Assembly: GCA_963662715.1 (NCBI GenBank)
Contig: OY759724.1
Location: forward strand, 120,001-152,000
Origin: Candidatus Omnitrophota bacterium
GTDB taxonomy: Bacteria > Omnitrophota > Gorgyraeia > Zapsychrales > JANLHA01
Length of the DNA: 32,000 nt
Reading direction: 5' to 3'
Of the stretch, positions 1 through 9,648 are shown in pieces. The translations under genes and the position numbers were made by a program. The notes beneath the pieces were generated by a model. The model was not told where the DNA came from and made no database searches. It worked only from the letters and a program-made list of their open reading frames with translations. Numbering within the stretch: the first letter of the stretch is position 1; the number at the start of each line of letters is the position of its first letter.

Positions 1-43
1 TCCTTGATTTCTCCGGAAATGCTTCCTGCAGAAAGGCGTCCCG

Positions 44-1432
44 CTATATTTCAAAATAACCCAACATGAGAATAATAACCAAAAAGGCGACAGACATACT
101 TAACAAGCCGATCAAGAGTCCCAGCTTGAGCCATTGAAAAAAGGTCACTTTGATATTCTGCTCTTTTTCTAACAGGCCCAAAGCGACAATATTAGCCGTT
201 GATCCGATCATCGTGATGTTCCCGCCATAACAGGCCCCGAACAGCAGAGACCACCATAAGGGTTTAAGATTGATATGCAGCATATCCAAACTTTTAACAA
301 CAGGGATGTAAGACGCCACGGCCACGACATTGTCCAGCCCGCTGGACAGGATGCCACTCGTAAAAAGAACCATTCCGGACAAAACTCTCGGATGGTTGCC
401 GATCGTGGCAACAATTTTATGGGCAAAAAAATCAGCGATACCCGTGGCTCTGATAACACCGGCTTGCGCAAAAAGGAACAAAAAGAACAAAAGGGAATTC
501 CATTCAACTTCCCTTTCCACATAATACCGGGCTTTATCGTGACGGTAAAACATCACAATACCGGCAGAGATAATAGGCAGCATGATTAAAAGGGTGTTTT
601 CCTGCAGGCCCAGGAACACCTCCATGCGTTTATGCAAACCAATAAGAAAAATCGTGACGCCGAAGATCACCATACTGATTTTTGTTTTCTTGTCCGGAGG
701 GATGGAGATCAGGTATAAGAAACTCTTGTCCTCCTGGTATTCCTTTAACAGTTCCGTAATATCGCGGATATACTGGCGGTACCAGTAACCAATAATCCAC
801 AAAGAAAACAATAAGACCAAAACGGAGACCGGGAAAGCGTGTGTTAAGAAATCCTCGAAAGAAAGGTTGCTGCGGGCGGCAATCAAGACGCCAACGGGGT
901 TGCCGAGGACTGTTGCCGCAGATCCGATGTTGGTGGCCATGACAGAAGATATGATCAGAGGCAAAGGCGTAATCTCCAAAAAACTGCAAATATTCAAAAT
1001 CACGGTGACCATAACAATAATGGAGGCCACTTCTCCCATCAGACCGGAGAATAAAGCCGAGGCCAGCATGAGGATAAAGAATAATTTCCTCCCGTCAAGG
1101 TTATTAATCCGCAACAAAAGCGTGATAATCCAGTAAAAAAATCCGGCTTCCTTCATCATGCCCACGATGATCATCATGGAGATAAGAAACAAAATAACAT
1201 CCAGAGACGCAAATAAGATGAATTCTTCCAGGCTGACAGCCTTAATAATAAGAAAAACTCCCGAACCGATAAATACAAAACTGAGACGAAAATCCCAAAA
1301 GAACAGCGTCCCCAGGATGGACATGATAAAGACAGACATGACTATAGACTGTTGGGATGTCAGGCCGAATGAGTGTCCGAGATATCCCAGGAATGATGAA
1401 ATAATGACAAGAATCAAGAATTTGAGTTTCAT
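44..1432 (-). CDS. Polytopic membrane permease, ArsB/NhaD (CitMHS-like) ion transporter superfamily
   Basis: 462 aa ORF with ATG at 1430-1432 and TAG at 44-46. Hydrophobic throughout (about 10-12 predicted TM segments). It has a central charged loop (YRQYIRDITELLKEYQEDK) and duplicated halves typical of ArsB/NhaD-type permeases. Substrate is not inferable. Confidence 0.75.
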   Translation of the reverse strand: MKLKFLILVIISSFLGYLGHSFGLTSQQSIVMSVFIMSILGTLFFWDFRLSFVFIGSGVFLIIKAVSLEEFILFASLDVILFLISMMIIVGMMKEAGFFYWIITLLLRINNLDGRKLFFILMLASALFSGLMGEVASIIVMVTVILNICSFLEITPLPLIISSVMATNIGSAATVLGNPVGVLIAARSNLSFEDFLTHAFPVSVLVLLFSLWIIGYWYRQYIRDITELLKEYQEDKSFLYLISIPPDKKTKISMVIFGVTIFLIGLHKRMEVFLGLQENTLLIMLPIISAGIVMFYRHDKARYYVEREVEWNSLLFFLFLFAQAGVIRATGIADFFAHKIVATIGNHPRVLSGMVLFTSGILSSGLDNVVAVASYIPVVKSLDMLHINLKPLWWSLLFGACYGGNITMIGSTANIVALGLLEKEQNIKVTFFQWLKLGLLIGLLSMSVAFLVIILMLGYFEI

Positions 1433-1474
1433 AGTTTATTTATGTCTTTTGCATTAACATTAAGTTAAAGAATA

Positions 1475-1503
1475 ATAATAGCATCTGAAAAAATAATCGA
1501 CAA
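1475..1503 (-). promoter_or_regulatory. Candidate sigma70-type promoter for the permease gene
   Basis: Read on the minus strand: TTGTCG (1503-1498), 17 nt spacer, TGc-TATTAT extended -10 (hexamer 1480-1475). It lies about 45 nt upstream of the ATG at 1432. Confidence 0.45.
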
Positions 1504-1530
1504 GGAAGAAATAGGAGGATAATATTCTCT

Positions 1531-2589
1531 TTAACAAATACGCGGGAGCTGCTCCCCGGACAACATATCAACGACCCGTTCAACCCCTATCGGACTGAGG
1601 GAAAAAACAAGGCCTCTGGGGTCCGGTTCCCGGACTTTCCCAATCACGCAGGCTTTTTCACAGTCCTGATGACGTCTTATAACATCTAAGGACTTTTCAG
1701 CATAGGCTTGCGGGATAAAAAGAACCATGCGTCCCTCACAAGCCACATAAACAGGATCAAACCCCAATATCTCACAGGCCCCACGCACGTCCGCCTGAAC
1801 CGGGAGACATGTCTCTTCCACGATCAAGCTCAACCGTGCTGTCTGTGCAATCTCGTTGAGAGTTGTGCCCAAACCTCCCCGGGTGATATCCCGCAGGCAG
1901 TGAATAGGGATATGTTCCCGGATTAAATCCTGCACGAGGAACGACAACGGCATGGAATCGCTCGTGATCTGGCTCTCATACTCTAAACCTTCCCGGGTGG
2001 CCATGACAGCCATCCCGTGCCGGCCGATATCGCCGTTCACGATGATGACATCTCCTTCTTCAATGCTGGCAGGATCAATAAGGCTATCATGTTCTATGAC
2101 CCCTATCCCGGCCGTATTGATGTATAAACCGTCTCCTTTGCCCCGGTCAACCACCTTTGTATCTCCCGTCACGATAGAGACACCGGCTTTTCGGGCCGCG
2201 GCGGCCATCGAGCAAGCGACCCGATATAACGTGTCCATGGACAAACCTTCTTCCAGAATAAAACCCGCACTGATATAAAGAGGCCTGGCCCCTGACATCG
2301 CCAAATCATTCACGGTCCCAAAAACAGCCAAGGATCCGATATCCCCTCCCGGGAAAAACAACGGATGCACGACATAAGAATCTGTTGTAAAAGCCAGCTT
2401 CCTGCCGGGGCTGGGCAGCACAGCTGAATCGTGCTGGGAATGGTCTAAGGGATTGTGGAAGGACGACCGGAAAATTCTGGAAATAAGATCATGCATGAGC
2501 TGTCCTCCGCTTCCATGCGCCAAAAGGACCTGCGGATAATCCTTTATGGGGAGAGGACAAACAGGATGAAAATTTTCCGGGACAGACAT
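1531..2589 (-). CDS. hypE: [NiFe]-hydrogenase maturation protein HypE (carbamoyl dehydratase, AIR-synthase-like)
   Basis: The C-terminus ends in PRIC, the HypE signature. The N-terminus is HypE-like ([14 protein letters not shown]...LAHGSGG). I chose the ATG at 2587-2589, which overlaps the hypD TGA (ATGA). The longer track ORF to 2733 runs inside hypD. Confidence 0.95.
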   Translation of the reverse strand: MSVPENFHPVCPLPIKDYPQVLLAHGSGGQLMHDLISRIFRSSFHNPLDHSQHDSAVLPSPGRKLAFTTDSYVVHPLFFPGGDIGSLAVFGTVNDLAMSGARPLYISAGFILEEGLSMDTLYRVACSMAAAARKAGVSIVTGDTKVVDRGKGDGLYINTAGIGVIEHDSLIDPASIEEGDVIIVNGDIGRHGMAVMATREGLEYESQITSDSMPLSFLVQDLIREHIPIHCLRDITRGGLGTTLNEIAQTARLSLIVEETCLPVQADVRGACEILGFDPVYVACEGRMVLFIPQAYAEKSLDVIRRHQDCEKACVIGKVREPDPRGLVFSLSPIGVERVVDMLSGEQLPRIC

Positions 2590-3713
2590 CAGACACCCCC
2601 CTTCTTTTCCCGCTGATCTTCTCCCGCAGATACCCGCCGGTAACGATAATAAGCGGCACAAGCTCCTTCGGAAGAGACCATCGTGGCTCCCAGGGGATGT
2701 TGCGGATGACACCTTGCCCCGAAGGACGGGCATTCATCCGGCTTCATTAACCCCTGCAATATTAAACCGCTCTTACACTCCCCGGGCTCATCTCTTGTAT
2801 AATCGGACAGTTCAAAACGCTGTTCAGCATCAAAGGACAGGTATTCGTTCCGAAGCTTCAATCCGCTTTGAGGAATACTCCCGACGCCTCTCCATTTTCT
2901 CTCTGTCACTTCAAAAACCTGTTTAATAATTTCCTGAGCCGGACGGTTCCCTTCCCTTCTGACAGCACGGGCATACTGATTTTCCACTTCAAACCGGCCC
3001 TCCTCCAACTGCTGAATAACCATAAGCAACCCCTGTAGAATATCCAAAGGCTCAAAACCCGTGACAACGACCGGGACCTGATATGTTTTTGCAATCGGTT
3101 CATATTCCTCGAACCCCATAACCGCACACACATGGCCCGCGGCCAGAAAACCTTTCACTCGGTTTTGAGGGGAGGACAGGATGGCCTGCATCGCCGGCGG
3201 AACCAGGACATGGGACACGAGCATACTAAAATTCCCAAGACCTTCCTGCCGGGCCTGATAAACGGCCATAGCATTTCCGGGAGCGGTTGTTTCAAATCCG
3301 ACGGCAAAAAAAACAACTTCGCGTTTAGGGTTATCCTTGGCTAACTGTACGGCATCCAGCGGTGAGTAGACGATACGGACATCACCGCCCTGCGCTTTCA
3401 CGGAAAAAAGGTCCTTTTCGCTGCCGGGCACACGAAGCATATCACCAAAAGAACAAAAAATGACCTCCGGCCGCGCAGCGATATCGATAGCCTTATCAAT
3501 CAACTCCAGGGGAGTCACGCAAACCGGACATCCGGGGCCGTGGACTAAACTGACCTGGGCGGGGAGCAAAACATCTATACCGAACCTGACGATCGCGTGG
3601 GTTTGACCTCCGCAGATTTCCATAATAACGTGGGGACGTGTCGTCATCCGGTGAATTTCCCGGGCCAACTTCCGGGCCATTTGGGGGTCCCGGTATTCAT
3701 CAAGATACTTCAT
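2589..3713 (-). CDS. hypD: [NiFe]-hydrogenase maturation protein HypD
   Basis: 374 aa. N-terminus [10 protein letters not shown]. Motifs [17 protein letters not shown] and [17 protein letters not shown] match the conserved HypD Fe-S/thiol redox cascade motifs. Confidence 0.95.
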   Translation of the reverse strand: MKYLDEYRDPQMARKLAREIHRMTTRPHVIMEICGGQTHAIVRFGIDVLLPAQVSLVHGPGCPVCVTPLELIDKAIDIAARPEVIFCSFGDMLRVPGSEKDLFSVKAQGGDVRIVYSPLDAVQLAKDNPKREVVFFAVGFETTAPGNAMAVYQARQEGLGNFSMLVSHVLVPPAMQAILSSPQNRVKGFLAAGHVCAVMGFEEYEPIAKTYQVPVVVTGFEPLDILQGLLMVIQQLEEGRFEVENQYARAVRREGNRPAQEIIKQVFEVTERKWRGVGSIPQSGLKLRNEYLSFDAEQRFELSDYTRDEPGECKSGLILQGLMKPDECPSFGARCHPQHPLGATMVSSEGACAAYYRYRRVSAGEDQREKKGGV

Positions 3714-3972
3714 CGGAACGCTCCCCCCCGTTCAGATCTTCTTCGATCTCACCGATCTGATTCAACAGCTCGAAAACTTTCATCGCCTCTTCCTCATCGA
3801 CAAGGTTGATCGCAAAACCCGCATGAACCAAGGCATAGTCCCCCACCTGAGCTTCCGGGACATAAGCTAACGACACTTTTTTAAAAATGCCCCCGAAGCT
3901 GATCTTTCCGCAACGGTAGAAAGGATCTTCCCCCTCAATACTGACAATCTTTCCGGGAATGGCTAAACACAT
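3700..3972 (-). CDS. hypC: [NiFe]-hydrogenase maturation chaperone HypC
   Basis: 90 aa starting [10 protein letters not shown], with the essential N-terminal Cys2. Overlaps the hypD start by 14 nt. Confidence 0.93.
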   Translation of the reverse strand: MCLAIPGKIVSIEGEDPFYRCGKISFGGIFKKVSLAYVPEAQVGDYALVHAGFAINLVDEEEAMKVFELLNQIGEIEEDLNGGERSDEVS

Positions 3973-4048
3973 ATTCTTTCTTCCTGCCTTTCAGTCTTTC
4001 CTTTAAAAAACATCACGAAATAAATACGCACATGACAGAACGGGTACC

Positions 4049-6415
4049 TTAATCACGCAAAGCGACGCTTACGGCCTGCCCTAAGGATATCCCTCCGTCA
4101 TTGGGCGGGATATTTTGATGCCAATACGGCTGAAAGCCTGCATCACGCAGATGCCTGATGAGTCCTTCCGTTAAAATTTTATTCTGAAAACATCCTCCGG
4201 TTAACACGACTTTCTCTTTTTTGATAGAACGCGCCATGGCAACCGCAATATGAATAAGGGTATTATGGAACTTCCCGGCTATAACAGCCCGGCTCAGTCC
4301 TGCTTGAACATCCTGAAGAATTTCCCGTATCATAGAAGACCAGCCGGCGATCCAGGGAGACTCCTCTGCCCGGAGGGCCGCCCCCCCCTGAGCTTTCCTG
4401 ATCTGATAAGAATATCGCTCATCGACGGTCGTTCCGGTACAGGAAAATTCCAGTTCCATAGCCGCCTGGCCCTCAAACTTCACCGAATCCCGCAAACCGA
4501 TCAGGGCAGAGACCGCATCGAATAAACGGCCGACACTGCATGTTCTCGGTGTGTTAATATTCTTGTTCAGCATTTGCGTCAGGATATTCAATTCATGTTC
4601 GGACCGGGATCTAAAACAGGACAAGGGCCTTGCCTGATCCATATTTCCCTGAAACAGCTCCCAGAGGATTCCCCAGGCGATCCGCCAGGGCTCCCGCACA
4701 GCCGCCTCCCCTCCCGGCAGGGGAAATGAGTGAAAATGCCCTGCACGTTTGAATCCCGTCCAGGTCGAGAGCAGGAACTCCCCGCCCCAGATAGAATCAT
4801 CCAGGCCGTACCCGGTCCCATCCCAGGCCATGCCCAGGACCTCTTCATTCAGCTGGTTCTCCGCCATGCAGGCAACAATATGGGCATGATGATGCTGAAC
4901 CCCGTAAACCTTCACCGCTGTCTGCCGTGCGGCTTCCTTCGTCGACATATAGTCCGGGTGTTGGTCACAAGCGACTTTCACAGGACTTGCCTGATACAGA
5001 TCGCTAAGAGAAGCTGCTGTCTTTCGAAATACCTGCAGAGATTCCCGGTTGTCGAGATCCCCGATGTGCTGACTCACAAAAACATTTTCTCCGACACTCA
5101 AAGATACGGTGTTTTTCTGATGCCCGCCTACACCCAGGGTTGGGGACAGAGGTATCCCCACAGAAATGGGTAACGGCGCATATCCTCTCGCCCGGCGAAG
5201 GACCAATGGCCTGTCAGATAAAATCCTCGCCACAGAGTCGTCAACGTGACGCAAAATCGGACGGTTATGCATCAAGTAGCCGTCTGCTATCTCTTTTAAT
5301 TTCCGCAAGGCTTCCTGATTATCCGTACAAATAGGTTCCTGAGAAATATTCCCGCTTGTGGCAATAACCGGGCGGCCGTACATCTGCATGAAAATATGGT
5401 GTAAAGGCGTATAGGGCAGCATGCAACCCAGATAAGGGTTCCCCGGGGCAACGCTCCCGGAGATAGTCGGACAGCCAACGCTCCCGGATTCCAGCTTTTT
5501 TTGCAACAGGACAATGGGGGCCATGCGTGACTGCAGAAGGGCTTTCTCCTGACGGTCAACATGACACATGGTGGTCAGCATCTCCAGGGAAGGAACCATG
5601 ACGGCAAAGGGCTTTTCATCACGCTTCTTTCTGAGCCTTAGTCTTTTCACCGCGGCTTCGTTCGAAGCATCGACAATCAGATGGAACCCTCCCAGGCCTT
5701 TAACCGCGACAATCCGTCCGGCTTCAACGGCTTTAACGGCACAGGCCATGGCCTCCTGACTTTCTACTGTCTGCCGCCCTCCCTGATCCCAGAACATCAG
5801 CTTGGGACCGCAGGCAGGACATGCGACGGGCTGGGCATGAAAAAAACGGCTCAGGGGATCTTCATATTCCTCCCGGCAAGCAGCGCACATCGGGAAAATA
5901 TCCATAGCCGTATTTTTCCGGTCATAAGGTAATGTCCGGATAATGGAGTAACGCGGGCCGCAATGGGTACAATTCGTAAAAGGATACTGATAACGGCGGT
6001 TCTTCCGGTCAAAAATATCCCGGTAACAATCAGGGCAGGTTGCGATATCGGGAAGAATCAACGTTGTTGCCTGGGCCTCTTGCACACTGGGGCGAATTTC
6101 AAAACGGCTATAGAAACAGGGATCCAAAGAGGTGCTTTGGACATTATAAATAAAAGCCAGGGCAGGTTTATCTTTGACAATACGTTCCTGGAAAAACACC
6201 AAGTCCTTCCGGGGACCTTCCGCTTCAACGCAAATCCCCTGTGGAGAATTCTGCACCCAGCCTGTCAAACAAAGTTCTTGCGCCAGCCGGAAAATAAACG
6301 GGCGGAAGCCGACCCCCTGGACCGCCCCCTGGATCTCCAGACGTATCCTTTGTATCTCTGCGGCCGTTCGGGATTTTGTCTGTGTGGCATGATTATCTTG
6401 CGGAAGGTATTTCAT
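4049..6415 (-). CDS. hypF: Carbamoyltransferase HypF
   Basis: 788 aa. N-terminal acylphosphatase-like domain (IQGAVQGVGFRPFIFR). Two zinc-finger pairs (CPDC...CTHCGPRYS and CAAC...CPACGP). YrdC-like segment and Kae1-like C-terminal domain. Confidence 0.95.
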   Translation of the reverse strand: MKYLPQDNHATQTKSRTAAEIQRIRLEIQGAVQGVGFRPFIFRLAQELCLTGWVQNSPQGICVEAEGPRKDLVFFQERIVKDKPALAFIYNVQSTSLDPCFYSRFEIRPSVQEAQATTLILPDIATCPDCYRDIFDRKNRRYQYPFTNCTHCGPRYSIIRTLPYDRKNTAMDIFPMCAACREEYEDPLSRFFHAQPVACPACGPKLMFWDQGGRQTVESQEAMACAVKAVEAGRIVAVKGLGGFHLIVDASNEAAVKRLRLRKKRDEKPFAVMVPSLEMLTTMCHVDRQEKALLQSRMAPIVLLQKKLESGSVGCPTISGSVAPGNPYLGCMLPYTPLHHIFMQMYGRPVIATSGNISQEPICTDNQEALRKLKEIADGYLMHNRPILRHVDDSVARILSDRPLVLRRARGYAPLPISVGIPLSPTLGVGGHQKNTVSLSVGENVFVSQHIGDLDNRESLQVFRKTAASLSDLYQASPVKVACDQHPDYMSTKEAARQTAVKVYGVQHHHAHIVACMAENQLNEEVLGMAWDGTGYGLDDSIWGGEFLLSTWTGFKRAGHFHSFPLPGGEAAVREPWRIAWGILWELFQGNMDQARPLSCFRSRSEHELNILTQMLNKNINTPRTCSVGRLFDAVSALIGLRDSVKFEGQAAMELEFSCTGTTVDERYSYQIRKAQGGAALRAEESPWIAGWSSMIREILQDVQAGLSRAVIAGKFHNTLIHIAVAMARSIKKEKVVLTGGCFQNKILTEGLIRHLRDAGFQPYWHQNIPPNDGGISLGQAVSVALRD

Positions 6416-6432
6416 ATCTCAATACGCGTGAC

Positions 6433-8535
6433 TTACTGAAAGCCCATCAAACGCCCTCCCTGATAAACGGCTAAAGCCACGACATAAGCGATGAACGTCA
6501 TATAGGCGCATTGAAAGATCGGCCATCGCCAGCTGTTCGTTTCCCTTCTGGTCACGACAAGCGTGCTGAAGCACTGCATCGCAAACACATAAAAGACAAG
6601 CAGACTCATGCAGGTCAGCGGGGTAAAGAGCACGCGCCCGTCAGCCCAGCGTGCTCCGGTAAAAGCCTTCTGCAAGGAGGCCCCGTCTTCAGATTCATTG
6701 ATATTAAAAACAATACTCATCGTACTGACAAATATCTCCCGCGCAGCAATAGAGCCAATCAAGCCAATACCGATCCGCCAATCATATCCCAGCGGTTCGA
6801 TGACAGGCTCTAACAGAATGCCCGCCCGCCCGGCAAAGCTGTGCCGTAAAGCCTCATCGGCAGACGCTCCCGGCATTTTCGGATAAGTCATCAAAGCCCA
6901 GAGAACAACAGAGAACACCAGAATAACCGTCCCGGCCTTCTTTAAAAACAAACGGCTGCGTTCCCACATGTGCAGCATCGTGGCCTTAAAGGAAGGATAC
7001 CGGTACGGCGGAAGCTCCATAATAAAAGGGGGTGTCGGGCCTTTGATGATCGTCTTTTTTAAAACCCAGGCCATCAAGATGGCGCCCATGATTCCCATGA
7101 AGTACAACAATAGCATGATCCCGGCCTTTTGCAACGGAGACGTATTCGGGATCAATACCGCAATCATAAGCGTAAAGACCGGAAGCCGGGCCGAACAAAC
7201 CATCAGCGGGGAAACGAGGATCGTCACCAGGCGGTCTTTCGGATTTTCAATTGACCGGCTGGCCATGATGCCGGGGATAGCACAGGCAAACGAACAAAGC
7301 AGCGGGATGAAAGATTTGCCGTGCAATCCGACCTGGCTCATCAGCCGGTCCATAATAAATGCGGCCCGCGCCATATAACCCGTATCCTGCATAAGGGATA
7401 TAAAAAAGAATAACGTCAGAATCTGCGGCAGAAAAACAACAATACCGCCGACGCCTGCGATGATCCCGTCCGTTAGTAGATCCCGGAAATCACCTGCGGG
7501 CAAAACAGACTTTAACCCGCCCGAAAGCCAATCGAATCCCTGCGAAATCCATTCCATCGGGTAAGAGGCGATTGTAAAAATCGTATAAAACATCAAAACC
7601 ATAACACTGACAAAAACCACCCATCCCCAGACCTTATGAGTCAACACGGCATCAAAACGGTCGGATTTTCTCATTTTGGGAGCAGGGAACTCTTCAATAA
7701 CTTCCAGCAGGGAACGATGAATCCAGTCGTATCGCGCCTCAATGGCGGCAGAGCGCCATCTCACCCCTTTTCGGGCGATTCTCTCGCGGGCGGCCGAGAC
7801 CAGATTCAGCCAATCGTCTTTCAAACTTTTTAAATCTCCCTGATCAATATGCGGGTTCGTCAAATAAATGACGGCTTCAGAGAAAGCAACCGATTTATCC
7901 ATCCCCTGGGTATGAACCAGCCATTTCACCAAAACAGCCACTTCCTCTTCCATGATATCCGGCATCCGCCAGGTGCGTTCCGGGGCAAAATGGACGCCTC
8001 CGGCCAAAACTCTTTTCAGGGCATCAATGCCCCGTTCTTTTGAGGCCACCATGGGGACCACCGGAATCCCGAGAGCTTCCTGCATTTTTTCCGGATCAAT
8101 TTTCCGGCCCTGCTTTCCGACTTCATCCATCATATTCAAAGCAATCACAAGGGGGACTCCAAGATCCTGAATCTGGCTGACCAGGTATAAATTCCGCTCA
8201 ATGTTACTGGCATCAACAATACAGACAACAACATCCGGCCGGCTTGTGTCATTCATGGTTCCGAGCAGAACATCACGGACAACCTGTTCATCCGGAGAAC
8301 GTACCGCCAGGCTGTATGTTCCCGGGAGGTCTAAAATGTTGACAGCCTTCCCGTCCGGTAAAATAGCCCGGCCCAGTTTCTTTTCAACCGTGACCCCGGG
8401 ATAATTTCCGACTTTCTGCCGCAAACGCGTTAAAGCATTAAATACCGTGGATTTCCCTGAGTTAGGATTTCCCACAAGAGCAACCGTCATGAAGCGCTCT
8501 TCCTGTTCTAAAAGATTTGTGTGCTGAAAACTCAT
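6433..8535 (-). CDS. feoB: Ferrous iron transporter FeoB (G-protein domain plus permease)
   Basis: G1 motif GNPNSGKST, DLPG, and a polytopic C-terminal permease. I chose the ATG at 8533-8535, preceded by GAAGGTGA 5 nt upstream. The track ORF starts 9 nt earlier at a GTG. Confidence 0.94.
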   Translation of the reverse strand: MSFQHTNLLEQEERFMTVALVGNPNSGKSTVFNALTRLRQKVGNYPGVTVEKKLGRAILPDGKAVNILDLPGTYSLAVRSPDEQVVRDVLLGTMNDTSRPDVVVCIVDASNIERNLYLVSQIQDLGVPLVIALNMMDEVGKQGRKIDPEKMQEALGIPVVPMVASKERGIDALKRVLAGGVHFAPERTWRMPDIMEEEVAVLVKWLVHTQGMDKSVAFSEAVIYLTNPHIDQGDLKSLKDDWLNLVSAARERIARKGVRWRSAAIEARYDWIHRSLLEVIEEFPAPKMRKSDRFDAVLTHKVWGWVVFVSVMVLMFYTIFTIASYPMEWISQGFDWLSGGLKSVLPAGDFRDLLTDGIIAGVGGIVVFLPQILTLFFFISLMQDTGYMARAAFIMDRLMSQVGLHGKSFIPLLCSFACAIPGIMASRSIENPKDRLVTILVSPLMVCSARLPVFTLMIAVLIPNTSPLQKAGIMLLLYFMGIMGAILMAWVLKKTIIKGPTPPFIMELPPYRYPSFKATMLHMWERSRLFLKKAGTVILVFSVVLWALMTYPKMPGASADEALRHSFAGRAGILLEPVIEPLGYDWRIGIGLIGSIAAREIFVSTMSIVFNINESEDGASLQKAFTGARWADGRVLFTPLTCMSLLVFYVFAMQCFSTLVVTRRETNSWRWPIFQCAYMTFIAYVVALAVYQGGRLMGFQ

Positions 8536-8558
8536 TGTAATCACCTTCTATCGGACCA

Positions 8559-8810
8559 TCAAGAATCCAACCTGATCTGTATAGCCGCTGCTTCTCTCTT
8601 CCGTATCGAAAGATGATATCCCCGTATTTTAATATCGATCGGGTCCCCCATAGGGGCAAAACGGACCACCTGAACCGGACACCCGGGCGTTACCCCCATT
8701 TCAAGAAGACGCTGAACAATATGGTCATCGCCTTCCAGGTCGGTGACAACGCCTCTCTGGCCCACTTTAAGATGATTGACTGAAATGAAAGGCATAGGTT
8801 CTTTTTTCAT
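8559..8810 (-). CDS. feoA: FeoA-family small protein (SH3-like)
   Basis: Core LKVGQRGVVTDLEGDDHIVQRLLEMGVTPGCPVQVV is typical of FeoA. The start is uncertain: ATG at 8810 or 8795. The track start at 8855 is a GTG overlapping fur. Confidence 0.85.
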   Translation of the reverse strand: MKKEPMPFISVNHLKVGQRGVVTDLEGDDHIVQRLLEMGVTPGCPVQVVRFAPMGDPIDIKIRGYHLSIRKREAAAIQIRLDS

Positions 8811-8839
8811 ATTCTGAGATAAAAATGATCGTTCCCGGG

Positions 8840-9271
8840 TCAACTCCGGCTGCACTCACGGCACACGCCAAACAATTCGTAACGCAATTTCTGCAAAGAA
8901 AATTTTTTCCTTTTCGCCAGGGAAAGGCTTATTTTCTTAATCCCTTCGTCAAAAACTTCAAAGCCCCGTCCGCATTTTGTGCATATAAAATGGGCGTGCA
9001 AATCCCGGCCTAATTTACGCTCAAACCTTTTTACACCGTCATTGAAATCCACTTCAACGGCAAGGCCGCTGTCGGCGATCATTTTGAGTGTCCGGTAAAC
9101 GGTTGTATAACCGATCCCGGGATATTTCTTCCGGACAAGTCCGTGCAGTTCCTGCGCACTGACGTGAGACTGCGTCTCAAGGAATATTTCTAAAACACGC
9201 TCCCGCTTTACGGATTGATGACAACCATTTCTGGCAACATGCTGTTGAAATAACTGCAGCTCTTTGGTCAT
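8840..9271 (-). CDS. fur: Fur-family metalloregulator (metal specificity not determinable)
   Basis: 143 aa. Winged-helix segment (GYTTVYRTLKMIADSGL), HAHFICTKCG ... CRECS (HxH plus two CxxC). GAGGGG RBS 5 nt before the ATG at 9269-9271. Immediately upstream of feoAB. Confidence 0.85.
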   Translation of the reverse strand: MTKELQLFQQHVARNGCHQSVKRERVLEIFLETQSHVSAQELHGLVRKKYPGIGYTTVYRTLKMIADSGLAVEVDFNDGVKRFERKLGRDLHAHFICTKCGRGFEVFDEGIKKISLSLAKRKKFSLQKLRYELFGVCRECSRS

Positions 9272-9289
9272 AAAGGCCCCTCAAACATG

Positions 9290-9306
9290 AAATTGAATTT
9301 CAATTT
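9290..9306. promoter_or_regulatory. Perfect 8-1-8 palindrome AAATTGAA-T-TTCAATTT (candidate Fur-family operator)
   Basis: Read directly from the sequence. It sits between the predicted -10 (9315-9310) and the fur RBS, around the expected transcription start. The odd-centred geometry resembles the 7-1-7 architecture of Fur-family boxes. Confidence 0.5.
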
Positions 9307-9309
9307 AAT

Positions 9310-9337
9310 ATCATAACAAAGTCTCTTTTAAAGTCAA
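9310..9337 (-). promoter_or_regulatory. Candidate sigma70-type promoter of fur-feoAB-hypFCDE
   Basis: Minus strand: TTGACT (9337-9332), 16 nt spacer, TGt-TATGAT extended -10 (hexamer 9315-9310). Confidence 0.6.
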
Positions 9338-9648
9338 GAAAAGATATTAAAGATAAAAGCACCGACGCTTTCCCTGATCAGGAGTCATGCCGAGGGCCTC
9401 ACGAGCCGGCTTGAGGACGATGCTCAGGCAGCAAGCAAGACAGAAGTCGCGTGATAAGAAAGGCGGCTAAAGCCTGTTAAAAAACCGTTTTGAGATTTTC
9501 TGATTTCAAAAAAAGCTATGAAATCGGGCAAGGATTCCGCAGACATAGCCATCCCGCTTTTCCGGCAAGCTCGCGGAAGACTTTCGATGGCATTTTTAGA
9601 GGTGAATTTTGCAGGCAGCAAGAATTCCCGTTAATATAACGAGAACAA

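Noticed and set aside
1518-1526. GATAATATT half-site identical to the hydB palindrome arm, upstream of the permease promoter
   Set aside because: It is a single 9-mer with no partner arm. An AT-rich 9-mer match in 32 kb on two strands is plausible by chance. It is noted under the hydB palindrome finding only.
2590-2733. 48-codon N-terminal extension of the hypE ORF in the track
   Set aside because: It runs inside the hypD 3' end, is Arg/Ser/Gly-rich and unlike HypE. The ATG at 2587-2589 forms an ATGA junction with the hypD stop and yields a canonical HypE N-terminus.
4730-6439. Several plus-strand ORFs of 83-158 aa opposite hypF
   Set aside because: They are antisense to a gene with unambiguous HypF motifs and have no motifs of their own. 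The same reasoning applies to the plus-strand ORFs at 11762-12349, 13422-13940, 15274-15753, 16849-17250 and 19608-20045.
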